A stretch of 50,386 nt of DNA from Candidatus Omnitrophota bacterium (GTDB lineage: Bacteria; Omnitrophota; Gorgyraeia; Pluralincolimonadales; Pluralincolimonadaceae): positions 1-50,386 of the forward strand of contig CAISWF010000161.1 in NCBI GenBank assembly GCA_903889135.1, read 5' to 3'. The notes beneath the pieces are model-generated. The model was not told where the DNA came from. It saw only the letters and a list, made by a program, of their open reading frames with translations, and did not search any database. The position numbers and the translations under genes were made by a program. Below, in pieces: positions 19,740 to 29,477 of the stretch (positions are counted from its first letter, which is position 1; each line of letters starts with the position of its first letter).

Positions 19740-21431
19740 ATGCAAAAGGCCTGGGAGATAGGGGCGTCGGACGGCGATGCCTCCGCCGGCCTTGCCGAGG
19801 CCCTCGATATTTCGCCTGTCCTCGCCAGCCTGCTAATAAAAAGGGGAGTAAAGAACCCGCAGGAAGCCCGCGATTTCCTCTCGTGCGAACTTTCATCACT
19901 CCATGATCCTTTTCTTTTCAGGGATATGGAGAAAGCGTCCGCCCGCATAAGATCCGCCATAGAAAATAAAGAGCGCGTCCTCGTTTACGGCGATTACGAC
20001 GTCGACGGCCTGACCGCCACGGCATTGTTATATACGACCCTGAAAAAATACGGCGCCCACGTCCATAATTATATCCCCGACCGCGTAAAAGAGGGATACG
20101 GCCTTAATGTCGGAGCGCTTGAAAACGCGCGGAAGGACGGCGCGAAACTTGTCATTGCGGTCGACTGCGGTATTACGGCCGTCGAAGAGATAGGTTTCTT
20201 AAAAAAGCACGGAATCGACTCAATTATCATCGATCACCACCAGCCCATCAAGGACAGCCTGCCTGAGGCATCGGCGATATTGGATCCCTTCGTCCCGGGC
20301 TCAGGATATCCATATAAACACCTGGCGAGCGTGGGCCTTGTATATAAATTAACGCAGGCATTAGGCTGGAGCACGGAAGAGGACCTCGACCTGGTGGCTC
20401 TCGGGACGATATCCGATGTCGCGCCCCTCACAGGGGAGAACAGGATACTCGTAAAACACGGCTTAAAATATCTCGCGAAGACGCAGAGGACGGGTTTAAG
20501 GGCGCTCATGGAAGTCGCTGGCATAGAGAAGAAGAAAGTATTTTATACCGAGACGGTCGGATTCATCCTGGGGCCGCGGCTAAACGCCTCGGGCAGGATG
20601 AATTCATCGATGCATTCGCTCAAATTGCTCCTGACGGATGACAAGGAAGAAGCGAAGAAGCTCGCCGAGGAGCTCGATAAGAGCAACCGTGAGCGGCAGG
20701 CGATGGAGGCGGCGATACTTAAAGAGGCGGTCTCGAAAGTCGAGCGCGAAGTGAATTTCAAGGATCACAGGGTCATAGTCCTTCACGCAGATAAATGGCA
20801 TCCCGGCGTGATAGGTATAGTCGCCTCGCGCATAGTCGAAAAATTTTACAGGCCGACGATACTTGTGGCTTTTGACGAAAACGGCCTCGGCCGGGGCAAG
20901 GGTTCGGGCCGTTCGATAAAGAATTTCCATCTCTTCGATGCGCTCTCGAAATGCAAGGAGCACCTTATAGGGTTCGGCGGGCATGAACACGCGGCCGGCA
21001 TAACCATATTGAAGGAGAATATAGACGCCTTCCGCGACAGCTTGAACGCGGTGGCGCACGAGATCCTCCAGCCATTGGACCTGATCCCGCGGCTCGAGAT
21101 AGACGCGTGGATATCCCTTAAGGATATCACGAGGAGATTTCTCAAGGAATTAGAAATGCTTGAGCCGTTCGGGGTGGGTAACCGCAAGCCCGTATTCGCG
21201 GTAAAGGGGCTGTCGCTTAAAGCGAAGCCGAAGATACTCAATTATAATACGCTTAAGATCTGGGTTACGGACGGGGAGCTGACCTACGAGGCGGTCGGTT
21301 TCAAGAAAGCCCTCGATTATAAACTCGATTCCGCCTCGCTGGTGTTTGATCTCGCTTTTACGCCTTCGATTAACGTCTGGCAGGGGCAGGAAACGATACA
21401 GTTGCAGCTTAAGGACCTGAAGTTTAATTAA
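19740..21431 (+). CDS. recJ: Single-stranded-DNA-specific exonuclease RecJ
   Basis: DHH-family motifs VYGDYDVDGLTA, VDCGI, IIIDHHQP, GGHEHAAG. Confidence 0.94.
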   Translation: MQKAWEIGASDGDASAGLAEALDISPVLASLLIKRGVKNPQEARDFLSCELSSLHDPFLFRDMEKASARIRSAIENKERVLVYGDYDVDGLTATALLYTTLKKYGAHVHNYIPDRVKEGYGLNVGALENARKDGAKLVIAVDCGITAVEEIGFLKKHGIDSIIIDHHQPIKDSLPEASAILDPFVPGSGYPYKHLASVGLVYKLTQALGWSTEEDLDLVALGTISDVAPLTGENRILVKHGLKYLAKTQRTGLRALMEVAGIEKKKVFYTETVGFILGPRLNASGRMNSSMHSLKLLLTDDKEEAKKLAEELDKSNRERQAMEAAILKEAVSKVEREVNFKDHRVIVLHADKWHPGVIGIVASRIVEKFYRPTILVAFDENGLGRGKGSGRSIKNFHLFDALSKCKEHLIGFGGHEHAAGITILKENIDAFRDSLNAVAHEILQPLDLIPRLEIDAWISLKDITRRFLKELEMLEPFGVGNRKPVFAVKGLSLKAKPKILNYNTLKIWVTDGELTYEAVGFKKALDYKLDSASLVFDLAFTPSINVWQGQETIQLQLKDLKFN

Positions 21432-21458
21432 GGTCCCAAGGGACCTGAAGTTTAATTA
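21413..21458. repeat. 18-nt direct repeat flanking a 7-bp hairpin between convergent recJ and rpmB
   Basis: GGACCTGAAGTTTAATTA occurs at 21413-21430 (last codons and stop of recJ) and again at 21441-21458 (ends in the complement of the rpmB stop). AGGTCCC aa GGGACCT at 21431-21446 lies between the copies. Confidence 0.85.
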
Positions 21459-21683
21459 GGCCTTAACTATTTTACCCGACCTGATGCAAGCTGTGCAGAC
21501 TTTGAGGGTCTTGATGACGCCTTTCAGATTAACCTTTATTCTCTGCAGATTGGGGGCGAAACGCCTGATGCTTCTGCCCGTTATCTTCTGGCCGACGCCG
21601 CCGTCCTTCTTGGCCATACCGCGGCGTTTGATGGCCTTACCCGCCATCTTTCCTTTGCCGCATATATCGCATACCTTTGACAT
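21456..21683 (-). CDS. rpmB: 50S ribosomal protein L28 (Cys-containing, Zn-ribbon form)
   Basis: MSKVCDICGKGKMAGK...RFAPNLQ...KVCTACIRSGKI. CxxC...CxxC present. GGAGGA lies upstream on the - strand. Confidence 0.93.
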   Translation of the reverse strand: MSKVCDICGKGKMAGKAIKRRGMAKKDGGVGQKITGRSIRRFAPNLQRIKVNLKGVIKTLKVCTACIRSGKIVKA

Positions 21684-21705
21684 GCCTTCCTCCTTGAAGT
21701 ATTAT
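21677..21705 (+). promoter_or_regulatory. Candidate recG promoter overlapping the rpmB start codon
   Basis: TTGACA (21677-21682, covering the rpmB ATG complement at 21681-21683), 17 nt, TATTAT (21700-21705). recG ATG at 21717 with no Shine-Dalgarno. Confidence 0.45.
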
Positions 21706-21716
21706 TTAGGTGAATA

Positions 21717-21745
21717 ATGATAACACAAGCCGGACAAAACATCAA
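21717..21745 (-). promoter_or_regulatory. Candidate rpmB promoter overlapping the recG start codon
   Basis: On the - strand: TTGATG (21745-21740), 17 nt, TATCAT (21722-21717). The -10 is the complement of recG ATGATA. It is followed by a ~25-nt leader with AAGGAGGA. Confidence 0.4.
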
Positions 21746-23840
21746 CAGTAAAAAAGAGCCGTTAAGCGCCATCCCGGTGCGGTATGTGAAGGGCGTCGGG
21801 CCGGCGAGGGCCGAGATACTCGCGCGCCTTGATATAGGGACCGTCGAGGACCTGCTATACCATTTCCCGCGCCGCTATGAGGACCGCAGCCGTTTCTGTA
21901 CCATAAATAAAGTCAAGGTCGGCGAGTACGCCACGATAAAAGGCGAGGTGCTGACCGCAGGCCTGCGCCGCGGCAAAGGCATGGCGTTATTCAAAATGGC
22001 CGTGGGTGACGAGACCGGGGTAATCTACGCGGTCTGGTTCAACCAGCCGTATATGCAGAAGATGTTCAGGTCGGGCGATAAGGTCGTCCTCTACGGAAAG
22101 GTCGAGAGATACAAGGATATCCAGATAACAAACCCCGAGTTCGAGATAATAAAGGATGAGGCGGAGGAGATGATACACGCCGGCAGGATTGTCCCGATAT
22201 ACCCATTGACCGAGGGTATAAGCCAGAGGGGGATGCGTTCCGTCGTCAAGAACCTCCTCGACAAATATCTCGAAGAAATAGAAGAATTCCTCCCGCAGGA
22301 CATCAAAAAAAGGAACGACCTGCCCGGATTAAAACAGGCGCTGTTCAATATCCATTTTCCCGAAAGCGAGAACCTGCGCAAGGCCGCGTATGAGCGTATC
22401 GTATTCGATGAATTTTTCGAGCTGCAGGTTGCGCTCGCGCAGAGGAAGGCTAGGGTAAAAGGGGCGGATGACGGTGTCGCGCATAAGGTCGGCGGAGAAC
22501 TCATGGGATCATTCAAGGCGGTCATCCCGTTCAAACTTACCGATGCCCAGAAAAAAGCGATAACCGATATAGAAAATGACATGGCCAGCACGAAGCCGAT
22601 GAACCGCCTGCTCGAGGGCGATGTCGGCTCAGGGAAGACGATAGTCGCCTCATACGCGCTTGTTCTCACTGTATCGAACGGCTACCAGGGCGTGCTCATG
22701 GCGCCGACAGAGATACTCGCCCAGCAGCATTTTATGAACCTGAACAGGTCGCTCAGCCCGCTGGGCATTAACATTGTCATACTTACGAACAGCGTGGTCG
22801 ATGAGGCGCGCGAAGAGGCGAAACGCATGATAGAAGAAGGACGGGCGAATATAGTGATAGGGACCCATGCGATCATACAGGAAGATGTCAAATTCAAGAA
22901 CCTCGGCCTGGCGGTAATAGATGAACAGCATAAATTCGGCGTAGACCAGCGCGTGCAGCTTAAGCAAAAGGGATTCAATCCCGACATGCTTTTTATGACC
23001 GCCACGCCGATACCGCGGACGCTTGCTATGACCCTATACGGAGACTTGGACCTCTCCATACTGGATGAGATGCCAAAAGGCCGAATACCTTCGAAATCGT
23101 ACTGGGTCGGCGAGCAGAGGCGCGAAGGGATATATAAATTTATCGCCCAGGAAGCCGCGGCCGGAAGCCAGGCATTCATCGTCTGTCCCCTTATAGAAAA
23201 AGGCAAGGTCCTTAGCGAAGCTAAGGGGAAGAAGGAAGACCTTAAGGCGGCCACGGAGATGTACGGGAAATTCAAGAAAGAGATATTTCCCCAGCTTAAA
23301 GTCGGGCTGGTACACGGGCGGCTCGATAACGAGGAAAAAGAGCGGGTGATGGCCGATTTCAGGTCCGGTAAGGTCCAGATACTCGTATCGACCACGGTTA
23401 TAGAGGTCGGTATCGACAACCCCAATGTTTCGGTGATGCTCATCGAGAACCCCGAGAGGTTCGGCTTGAGCCAGTTGCATCAATTGCGTGGAAGGATCGG
23501 AAGGGGCAACCAGCGCTCTTATTGTATTTTGCTCTCCGATACCGAATCGGAAGAGGCGAAAAAGCGGCTCAAGGCGCTTATCGGCACCACGAGCGGTTTC
23601 AATATAGCCGAGGAAGATCTCCAGCTGCGCGGCCCGGGCCAATTCTTCGGGACAAGGCAGCACGGGCTCCCGGAATTGCGCTACGCCAACCTCGTGGCGA
23701 ACGTAAAACAACTTGAGATAGCGCGCAAGGAAGCGTTCGATCTTGTAAAGGGGGACCCCGAGCTTAAGGATCCCGGGCACGGTCAGATCAAGGAGATCGT
23801 CAGGCGCAAGTTCACCGGGAAGACGGAGCTCAAGGCGTGA
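21717..23840 (+). CDS. recG: ATP-dependent DNA helicase RecG
   Basis: Wedge-domain N-terminus (YHFPRRYEDRS), Walker A GDVGSGKT, VIDEQHKFGV, MTATPIPRTL, LHQLRGRIGRG. Confidence 0.95.
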   Translation: MITQAGQNINSKKEPLSAIPVRYVKGVGPARAEILARLDIGTVEDLLYHFPRRYEDRSRFCTINKVKVGEYATIKGEVLTAGLRRGKGMALFKMAVGDETGVIYAVWFNQPYMQKMFRSGDKVVLYGKVERYKDIQITNPEFEIIKDEAEEMIHAGRIVPIYPLTEGISQRGMRSVVKNLLDKYLEEIEEFLPQDIKKRNDLPGLKQALFNIHFPESENLRKAAYERIVFDEFFELQVALAQRKARVKGADDGVAHKVGGELMGSFKAVIPFKLTDAQKKAITDIENDMASTKPMNRLLEGDVGSGKTIVASYALVLTVSNGYQGVLMAPTEILAQQHFMNLNRSLSPLGINIVILTNSVVDEAREEAKRMIEEGRANIVIGTHAIIQEDVKFKNLGLAVIDEQHKFGVDQRVQLKQKGFNPDMLFMTATPIPRTLAMTLYGDLDLSILDEMPKGRIPSKSYWVGEQRREGIYKFIAQEAAAGSQAFIVCPLIEKGKVLSEAKGKKEDLKAATEMYGKFKKEIFPQLKVGLVHGRLDNEEKERVMADFRSGKVQILVSTTVIEVGIDNPNVSVMLIENPERFGLSQLHQLRGRIGRGNQRSYCILLSDTESEEAKKRLKALIGTTSGFNIAEEDLQLRGPGQFFGTRQHGLPELRYANLVANVKQLEIARKEAFDLVKGDPELKDPGHGQIKEIVRRKFTGKTELKA

Positions 23841-23841
23841 T

Positions 23842-24393
23842 ATGCGGATAACAAGCGGAATCTTTAAGAGCAGGATAATAAAGGCGCCCGCAGGCATAAG
23901 GCCTACTCTTGATAACGTCCGTAAGGCTATTTTCGATATTTTAGGAGGGGCGGCTGAAGGAGCGAAGGCGCTCGACCTTTTTGCCGGTTCCGGGGCCCTG
24001 GGCTTGGAGGCCCTGAGCCGCGGCGCCGCATCCTGCACATTTGTTGACAACAGCCGCTCCTCGGTAAAGGCAATAAAAGAGAACATTGAGGCGTTAAAGC
24101 CGGGCCGGACCGAGGTCATTTACGCGGATTCATCGGCCGCCATACAGGGGTTTGCCCGGGGCAGCGACAGATTCGACATTATCTTCATGGACCCGCCATA
24201 CTATAAGGAGATAGCCAAAAAAACCTTGTCATTGCTGGCCGGTTGTGATATATTATCCGAAACTGGCGTAGCGGTTATAGAGCATTCCAAGCATGACCTG
24301 TTACCGGATTCAAGCGGGGGTCTGAGGCTCTTTCGTATCGCAAGGTACGGCGACACGCTGGTTTCTTTTTACTGTAAGGGCCAAACCAAATAA
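23842..24393 (+). CDS. rsmD: 16S rRNA (guanine966-N2)-methyltransferase RsmD
   Basis: RPTLDNVRKAIFDIL, LDLFAGSGALGLEALSRGA, FMDPPY. Confidence 0.9.
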   Translation: MRITSGIFKSRIIKAPAGIRPTLDNVRKAIFDILGGAAEGAKALDLFAGSGALGLEALSRGAASCTFVDNSRSSVKAIKENIEALKPGRTEVIYADSSAAIQGFARGSDRFDIIFMDPPYYKEIAKKTLSLLAGCDILSETGVAVIEHSKHDLLPDSSGGLRLFRIARYGDTLVSFYCKGQTK

Positions 24394-24872
24394 TGAAGAG
24401 AAAAGCGGTATACCCGGGGACTTTTGATCCCGTAACCTACGGCCATATAGACCTCATAAAGAGAGCGATTAAGATCTTTGACACCGTGATAATAGCGGTC
24501 GCGCACAACGCGGAAAAAGAGCCCTTGTTCAGCGTTGAAGAGCGGATAGCGATGCTCAAAAAGGCGACCAGGGGCATGAAGGGCGTGGTCATCGAGGACT
24601 TCGGCGGCCTGGCCGTTAATTATGTCAGGGGCAAAGGCTCGATGGTCATGATACGCGGCATGAGGATGCTCTCGGATTTCGAATACGAATTCCAGATGGC
24701 CCTGACCAACAGGAAACTGGCCCAGGATATCGAGACGATATTCATGATGCCCTCCGAATCATATTCTTACCTTTCGTCAAAACTTATAAAGGAGGCGCAC
24801 GCGCTTGGAGCCAACGTAAAGAGCTTTGTCCCGCCGTTCGTAGCCAAGGCGCTCGCGCAAAAGCAAAGATGA
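24393..24872 (+). CDS. coaD: Pantetheine-phosphate adenylyltransferase CoaD
   Basis: KAVYPGTFDPVTYGHIDLIKRA and ISSKLIKE-like SSKLIKEA. TAATG overlap with rsmD. Confidence 0.95.
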   Translation: MKRKAVYPGTFDPVTYGHIDLIKRAIKIFDTVIIAVAHNAEKEPLFSVEERIAMLKKATRGMKGVVIEDFGGLAVNYVRGKGSMVMIRGMRMLSDFEYEFQMALTNRKLAQDIETIFMMPSESYSYLSSKLIKEAHALGANVKSFVPPFVAKALAQKQR

Positions 24873-25315
24873 AGATAAAAATAAACGACATACCGAAGGA
24901 CGGGCTCACTATCGAGGAGAAGCGCAGCGCCTCGGAACTGGACCTGGCGAGGGACGACCTGAAATTCGTGACGCCGATAGCGCTCGCGGTTTATATCAAC
25001 AGGGATAAGGACGAGGCATATGCGCATGTCTCCGCCGCGGGGAGGATAGAGGCGGTATGCAGCCGCTGCCTTTCTTCCTACACGATGGATTTTAAAAGGG
25101 ATTTTGATTTCAGCTACGACCTCAGGGGCAAGGCCGTGCTCGACCTGACCGATGACATACGTTCGGAAATAATACTCGAGTACCCGGTCAAGCCGTTATG
25201 CAAGGAGGGTTGCAAAGGGCTCTGCCAGGTCTGCGGCAAGAACCTGAATGAAGGCAGCTGCGGCCACAAGACAGACGTGCAGAAATGGAACCGGATAGAG
25301 AAAAGCAGTAACTAA
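24869..25315 (+). CDS. yceD: YceD/DUF177 family ribosome-accumulation protein
   Basis: Conserved position immediately upstream of rpmF-plsX. Cys clusters CSRCLSSY and CKEGCKGLCQVCGKNLNEGSCGH. Confidence 0.75.
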   Translation: MKIKINDIPKDGLTIEEKRSASELDLARDDLKFVTPIALAVYINRDKDEAYAHVSAAGRIEAVCSRCLSSYTMDFKRDFDFSYDLRGKAVLDLTDDIRSEIILEYPVKPLCKEGCKGLCQVCGKNLNEGSCGHKTDVQKWNRIEKSSN

Positions 25316-25333
25316 AGAAGGAGTAAATCGAAG

Positions 25334-25531
25334 ATGGCATTACCAAAGAGAAAACATTCCAAAATGAGGCGCGATAAATCGCGCACACACCAGGTGCTGG
25401 CGACCCCCGAGGTCACCAAATGTTTACAGTGTTTTGCGCCCGTGAGGCCGCATCAGATATGCTCGAGCTGCGGATACTATAAAGGGCGCAAGGTCATCGA
25501 AATCAAGAAAAAGGAAGAGAAGAAGAAATGA
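25334..25531 (+). CDS. rpmF: 50S ribosomal protein L32 (Cys-containing form)
   Basis: MALPKRKHSKMRRDKSRTH, then CLQC...CSSCGYYKGRKV. Confidence 0.93.
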   Translation: MALPKRKHSKMRRDKSRTHQVLATPEVTKCLQCFAPVRPHQICSSCGYYKGRKVIEIKKKEEKKK

Positions 25532-26517
25532 GGATAGCCGTTGACGGTATGGGAGGGGATTACGCCCCAAAGGCGGTCGTTGAGGGCGCCATCCTTGCCG
25601 CTACAGAATACGGTTTTGAAGTAATAATAGTCGGGGACAAGGCCAGGATTGAGAACGAGCTTTCGAAGGCCGGTTCTGTCCCGTCTGGGGTCACAGTGCA
25701 TCATGCCTCCGAGGTGATCGGGATGGACGAACCGGGCGCGACAAGCGCCCGCAACAAAAAAGACTCTTCCATATGCGTGGCGACCGACCTGGTAAAAGAA
25801 GGCAAGGCCGACGCGGTCGTCTCGGCCGGCAATACAGCGGCTTTTGTCAGCGCAGCCATAATGTCGTTGAGGCGCCTTGAGGGCGTCGAGCGGCCCGGTA
25901 TCGCGGTCCTGCTCCCTTCCATGAAGGGTCCTATCGTGATGATAGACTGCGGCGCCACGATTAATCCTGAGCCCTCGCATCTCATGGGCTTCGGCCTTAT
26001 GGGCGATGTATATGTAAGGCATATATTAGGAAAAGAAAACCCGTCGATCGGCCTTTTGAATATAGGCGAGGAATCGACTAAGGGTCCGGATTTCTTGAAG
26101 GAGACCCACCTGCTTCTCGAATCGAGCAAGCTTAATTTCCAGGGAAATGCCGAAGGAAGGGACATATTCGCCGGGAAATTTGACGTGGTTGTCTGCGACG
26201 GCTACACCGGCAACGTCGTCCTGAAAGTCGCCGAATCCATAGCCACCACGATAGGCTCCTTCATAAAAGACGAACTCAAGAGAGATCCGCTCAGGATACT
26301 AGGCGGGCTGCTTACCGCCTCGGCGTTCATGGCTGTCAAGAAGCAGATGGATTATGCCGAGCACGGCGGAGCGCCATTACTCGGGGTCAACGGTATCTGC
26401 ATCATAAGCCACGGCCGTTCTTCGTCGAAAGCCATAAAAAACGCGATCAGGGTGGCCGGCGCGTTCGTCGAACATCAGGTCAACCAGCATATCCTCGAGT
26501 CAGTCAAAAAAACCTGA
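25528..26517 (+). CDS. plsX: Phosphate acyltransferase PlsX
   Basis: MRIAVDGMGGDYAPKAVVEGA, SAGNTAA, HGRSS. ATGA overlap with rpmF. Confidence 0.95.
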   Translation: MRIAVDGMGGDYAPKAVVEGAILAATEYGFEVIIVGDKARIENELSKAGSVPSGVTVHHASEVIGMDEPGATSARNKKDSSICVATDLVKEGKADAVVSAGNTAAFVSAAIMSLRRLEGVERPGIAVLLPSMKGPIVMIDCGATINPEPSHLMGFGLMGDVYVRHILGKENPSIGLLNIGEESTKGPDFLKETHLLLESSKLNFQGNAEGRDIFAGKFDVVVCDGYTGNVVLKVAESIATTIGSFIKDELKRDPLRILGGLLTASAFMAVKKQMDYAEHGGAPLLGVNGICIISHGRSSSKAIKNAIRVAGAFVEHQVNQHILESVKKT

Positions 26518-26518
26518 C

Positions 26519-27532
26519 ATGACACCAAAATCCAAGACAATTAAAAAGCACGCAGGGATAACCGCCGGGATCACCGGACTGGGCTGTTATCTTCCCAAGA
26601 AGGTCATGACCAACGCCGATCTCGCGAAGCTGGTCGATACTTCTGATGAGTGGATAAGGACGCGCACCGGCATCTCCGAGCGCAGGATAGCCGACGAGAA
26701 AGAGGTCACATCCGATCTCGCGGTAAACGCCGCGAGGATGGCATTGAGGGACGCAAAACTCGAAGCCAAGGATGTGGAGCTTATAATATTGGCGTCCATC
26801 TCTCCCGATATGCCTTTTCCCGCGACAAGCTGCATTGTCCAGGCGAAACTCGGCGCGGTCAACGCGGCCTGTTTCGATATCAACGCCGCGTGTTCCGGCT
26901 TTATACATGAATTGACCATAGCCCAGCAATTTATCGAAAGCGGGATGTACAAGAACGTGCTGGTGATCGGGGTGGAATTGCTTTCACGTTTTATAGATTG
27001 GAAAGACCGCTCGACCTGCGTCCTCTTCGGGGACGGGGCAGGGGCCGCCGTAATCGCGCCTGTCAAGAGAGGCGGCATAATCTCTTCTTATTTGGGTGCG
27101 GACGGAACGAAGAGTAACCTTCTTATGTGTCCGGCCGGCGGGTCCGTCCATCCGGCCTCGCACAAGACGGTGACCGAGGGCATGCATTTTCTCAAGATGC
27201 AGGGCAATGACGTATTCAAGAACGCCGTGCGCGTCATGACCGATGCCTGCGCGAAAGTCCTGCACAAGTCGGGGCTTACCACAGGGGATATCGATTGCGT
27301 CATACCTCACCAGGCGAACATAAGGATAATAGAAGCGGTAGTAGAGCGCGTGAAGATACCTATGGAGAAGGTCTTCGTGAACGTCGACAGGTACGGTAAC
27401 ATGTCGGCAGCTTCCGCGATCGTCGCCCTTTTCGAGGCGGTCAAGGAAGGCCGCGTCAAAAAGGGGGATAAAGTCCTCCTGGTGGCTTTCGGCAGCGGTT
27501 TCGTATGGGGCTCCTGCATAATAGAATGGTAG
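26519..27532 (+). CDS. fabH: 3-oxoacyl-ACP synthase III FabH
   Basis: Active-site AACSGF, HQANIRI, GNMSAASA. DEWIRTRTGI motif. Confidence 0.95.
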   Translation: MTPKSKTIKKHAGITAGITGLGCYLPKKVMTNADLAKLVDTSDEWIRTRTGISERRIADEKEVTSDLAVNAARMALRDAKLEAKDVELIILASISPDMPFPATSCIVQAKLGAVNAACFDINAACSGFIHELTIAQQFIESGMYKNVLVIGVELLSRFIDWKDRSTCVLFGDGAGAAVIAPVKRGGIISSYLGADGTKSNLLMCPAGGSVHPASHKTVTEGMHFLKMQGNDVFKNAVRVMTDACAKVLHKSGLTTGDIDCVIPHQANIRIIEAVVERVKIPMEKVFVNVDRYGNMSAASAIVALFEAVKEGRVKKGDKVLLVAFGSGFVWGSCIIEW

Positions 27533-28464
27533 ACTTCGCTCTAATATTCCCCGGGCAGGGCGCGCAGTATGTCGGAATGGGCAAGGACTTATACCAACAG
27601 TTTCCCGCCGCAAAAGTCATATTCGAAAAAGCAAACCATGTTTTGGGTTTCGATATAGCGAAACTCTGTTTTGAAGGGCCGAAGGAAGAATTGACGCGCA
27701 CGGATATCTGCCAGCCGGCGATATTGACGGCGTCTATCGCGGCCCTAAGGGCGCTCGAATCGGTATCGCCGCTTTCCGGACAGCTCACCCCGAAGGCCAT
27801 GCTTGGCCTGAGCCTCGGGGAATATACGGCCCTTGTCGCCGCTGGTTCGCTCACGTTCGAGGACGCGGTCTCGCTCGTGAGGAAGCGCGGACAATTCATG
27901 GAAGAGGCATCGCGCCAGAATCCCGGCACCATGGCCTCGGTCATAGGTTTTTCCCTCGAAGAGACCAAAAAAGTTTGCGCCGATACCGGAGCTGAGATAG
28001 CTAACCTTAATTCTCCCGGCCAGATAGTCATCTCTGGGGCCAAGGAAAAAGTCGAGGCGGCCTCGAACCTGGCGAAAGAGAGGGGAGCCAGGAAGGTCAT
28101 ACCTATTGATGTCAGCGGCGCGTTCCACTCGAGCCTGATGGCGCCTGCCGCCCAAAGATTAAGGGTGGAAATAGATAAGATAGAGATAAGATCCCCGAAG
28201 ATAAAAGTGGTCGCGAACGTCAACGCCGGATACGAATCATCTCCCGAAGAGATAAAGGCCAACCTGGTCGCGCAGGTCAAGTCACCGGTCCTCTGGGAGG
28301 ATTCTATAAGGTTTTTGTCCGGAGCGGGAATAAAGAGATATATAGAAGTAGGGCCGGGAAAAGTGCTGGCCGGCCTTTTGAGGAGGATAGACCCTCAGCT
28401 GGAGTGTTTTAATGTCGAGACTGCGGCGGATACCACCGCCGTTAAAGAAGCGATAGGAGGCTGA
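27526..28464 (+). CDS. fabD: ACP S-malonyltransferase FabD
   Basis: MVDFALIFPGQGAQYVGMG, GLSLGEYTAL, SGAFHS. Start taken at ATG 27526, overlapping the fabH stop, rather than the ORF-track 27505. Confidence 0.94.
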   Translation: MVDFALIFPGQGAQYVGMGKDLYQQFPAAKVIFEKANHVLGFDIAKLCFEGPKEELTRTDICQPAILTASIAALRALESVSPLSGQLTPKAMLGLSLGEYTALVAAGSLTFEDAVSLVRKRGQFMEEASRQNPGTMASVIGFSLEETKKVCADTGAEIANLNSPGQIVISGAKEKVEAASNLAKERGARKVIPIDVSGAFHSSLMAPAAQRLRVEIDKIEIRSPKIKVVANVNAGYESSPEEIKANLVAQVKSPVLWEDSIRFLSGAGIKRYIEVGPGKVLAGLLRRIDPQLECFNVETAADTTAVKEAIGG

Positions 28465-28465
28465 T

Positions 28466-29206
28466 ATGATATTTAATGACAGGGTGAGCCTGATAACCGG
28501 CGGCGCAAGGGGTATAGGCAGGGAGATAGCCCTGGCCTTCGCCAAAGAGGGCTCTGACATCGTGATCTGTGACGTAAACCAGGACGCGCTTAACGCGACC
28601 AAGAAGGAAATAGAGGCTCTCGGCCGGAAAGCGGAGACTTTTGTCGTCGACGTCACGAGCCTCTCCCAGGTCGAGGAAATGGTCAATAAGACGCTTGACA
28701 AATTTAAGAAAATCGATATACTGATTAACAATGCAGGCATAACCAGGGACGCCTTAATCGTGCGGATGAGCGAACAGGACTTCGACTCCGTAATCGCCGT
28801 AAACCTAAAGGGCACCTTCAATTGCACGAAGGCGCTCGCCAAGGTTATGATGAAGCAGAGGTACGGCAAGATAGTATCGATCGCTTCGATAATCGGCATC
28901 ATGGGCAATGCCGGGCAGGCCAATTACGCGGCCTCGAAAGCGGGAATAATAGGGATAACAAAGAGCGTGGCAAAAGAGCTTGCGTCACGGAATGTGAACG
29001 TTAATGCCATAGCTCCGGGCTTCATCGAAACGGACATGACCGCAAAGCTTCCCGAGAACGTCAAGTCCCAGATGTTGGCCTACATCCCTTTAAATAGATT
29101 CGGTAAGGCAAGTGACGTAGCTGAACTGGCTATGTTTTTGGCATCTGACGCGTCGTCATACTTGACAGGACAGGTGATCAAGATCGACGGCGGAATGGTC
29201 ATGTAA
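28466..29206 (+). CDS. fabG: 3-oxoacyl-ACP reductase FabG
   Basis: TGGARGIGREIA, NNAGIT, YAASKAG, SYLTGQVIKIDGGMVM. Confidence 0.95.
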   Translation: MIFNDRVSLITGGARGIGREIALAFAKEGSDIVICDVNQDALNATKKEIEALGRKAETFVVDVTSLSQVEEMVNKTLDKFKKIDILINNAGITRDALIVRMSEQDFDSVIAVNLKGTFNCTKALAKVMMKQRYGKIVSIASIIGIMGNAGQANYAASKAGIIGITKSVAKELASRNVNVNAIAPGFIETDMTAKLPENVKSQMLAYIPLNRFGKASDVAELAMFLASDASSYLTGQVIKIDGGMVM

Positions 29207-29227
29207 TCAACTTAAAAGGAGGAATAC

Positions 29228-29470
29228 ATGTCGGCTGTAGCGGATAAAGTAAGAGAGATAATAGCGAAACAATTGGGCGTAAAACTTGAAGAAGTGACCC
29301 CCCAGGCGACGTTCATCGATGACTTGGGCGCGGATTCGCTGGATACCGTTGAGATAGTCATGGCCCTCGAAGAGGAATTCAAGGCGGAGATCCCCGATGA
29401 AGATGCTGAGAAGATGAAGACGGTTGGAGAGGCCATCAAGTATATAGAAGAAAAGTCAGGCAAGGCCTAA
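29228..29470 (+). CDS. acpP: Acyl carrier protein
   Basis: 80 aa. [19 protein letters not shown] carries the phosphopantetheine Ser motif. AGGAGG lies upstream. Confidence 0.96.
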   Translation: MSAVADKVREIIAKQLGVKLEEVTPQATFIDDLGADSLDTVEIVMALEEEFKAEIPDEDAEKMKTVGEAIKYIEEKSGKA

Positions 29471-29477
29471 AGTTTTT

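Noticed and set aside
23034-24119. 361-aa antisense ORF spanning the recG 3' end and the rsmD 5' end
   Set aside because: It crosses a gene boundary on the opposite strand of two well-supported genes, and no recognisable domain is present. This is typical of a GC-rich shadow frame.
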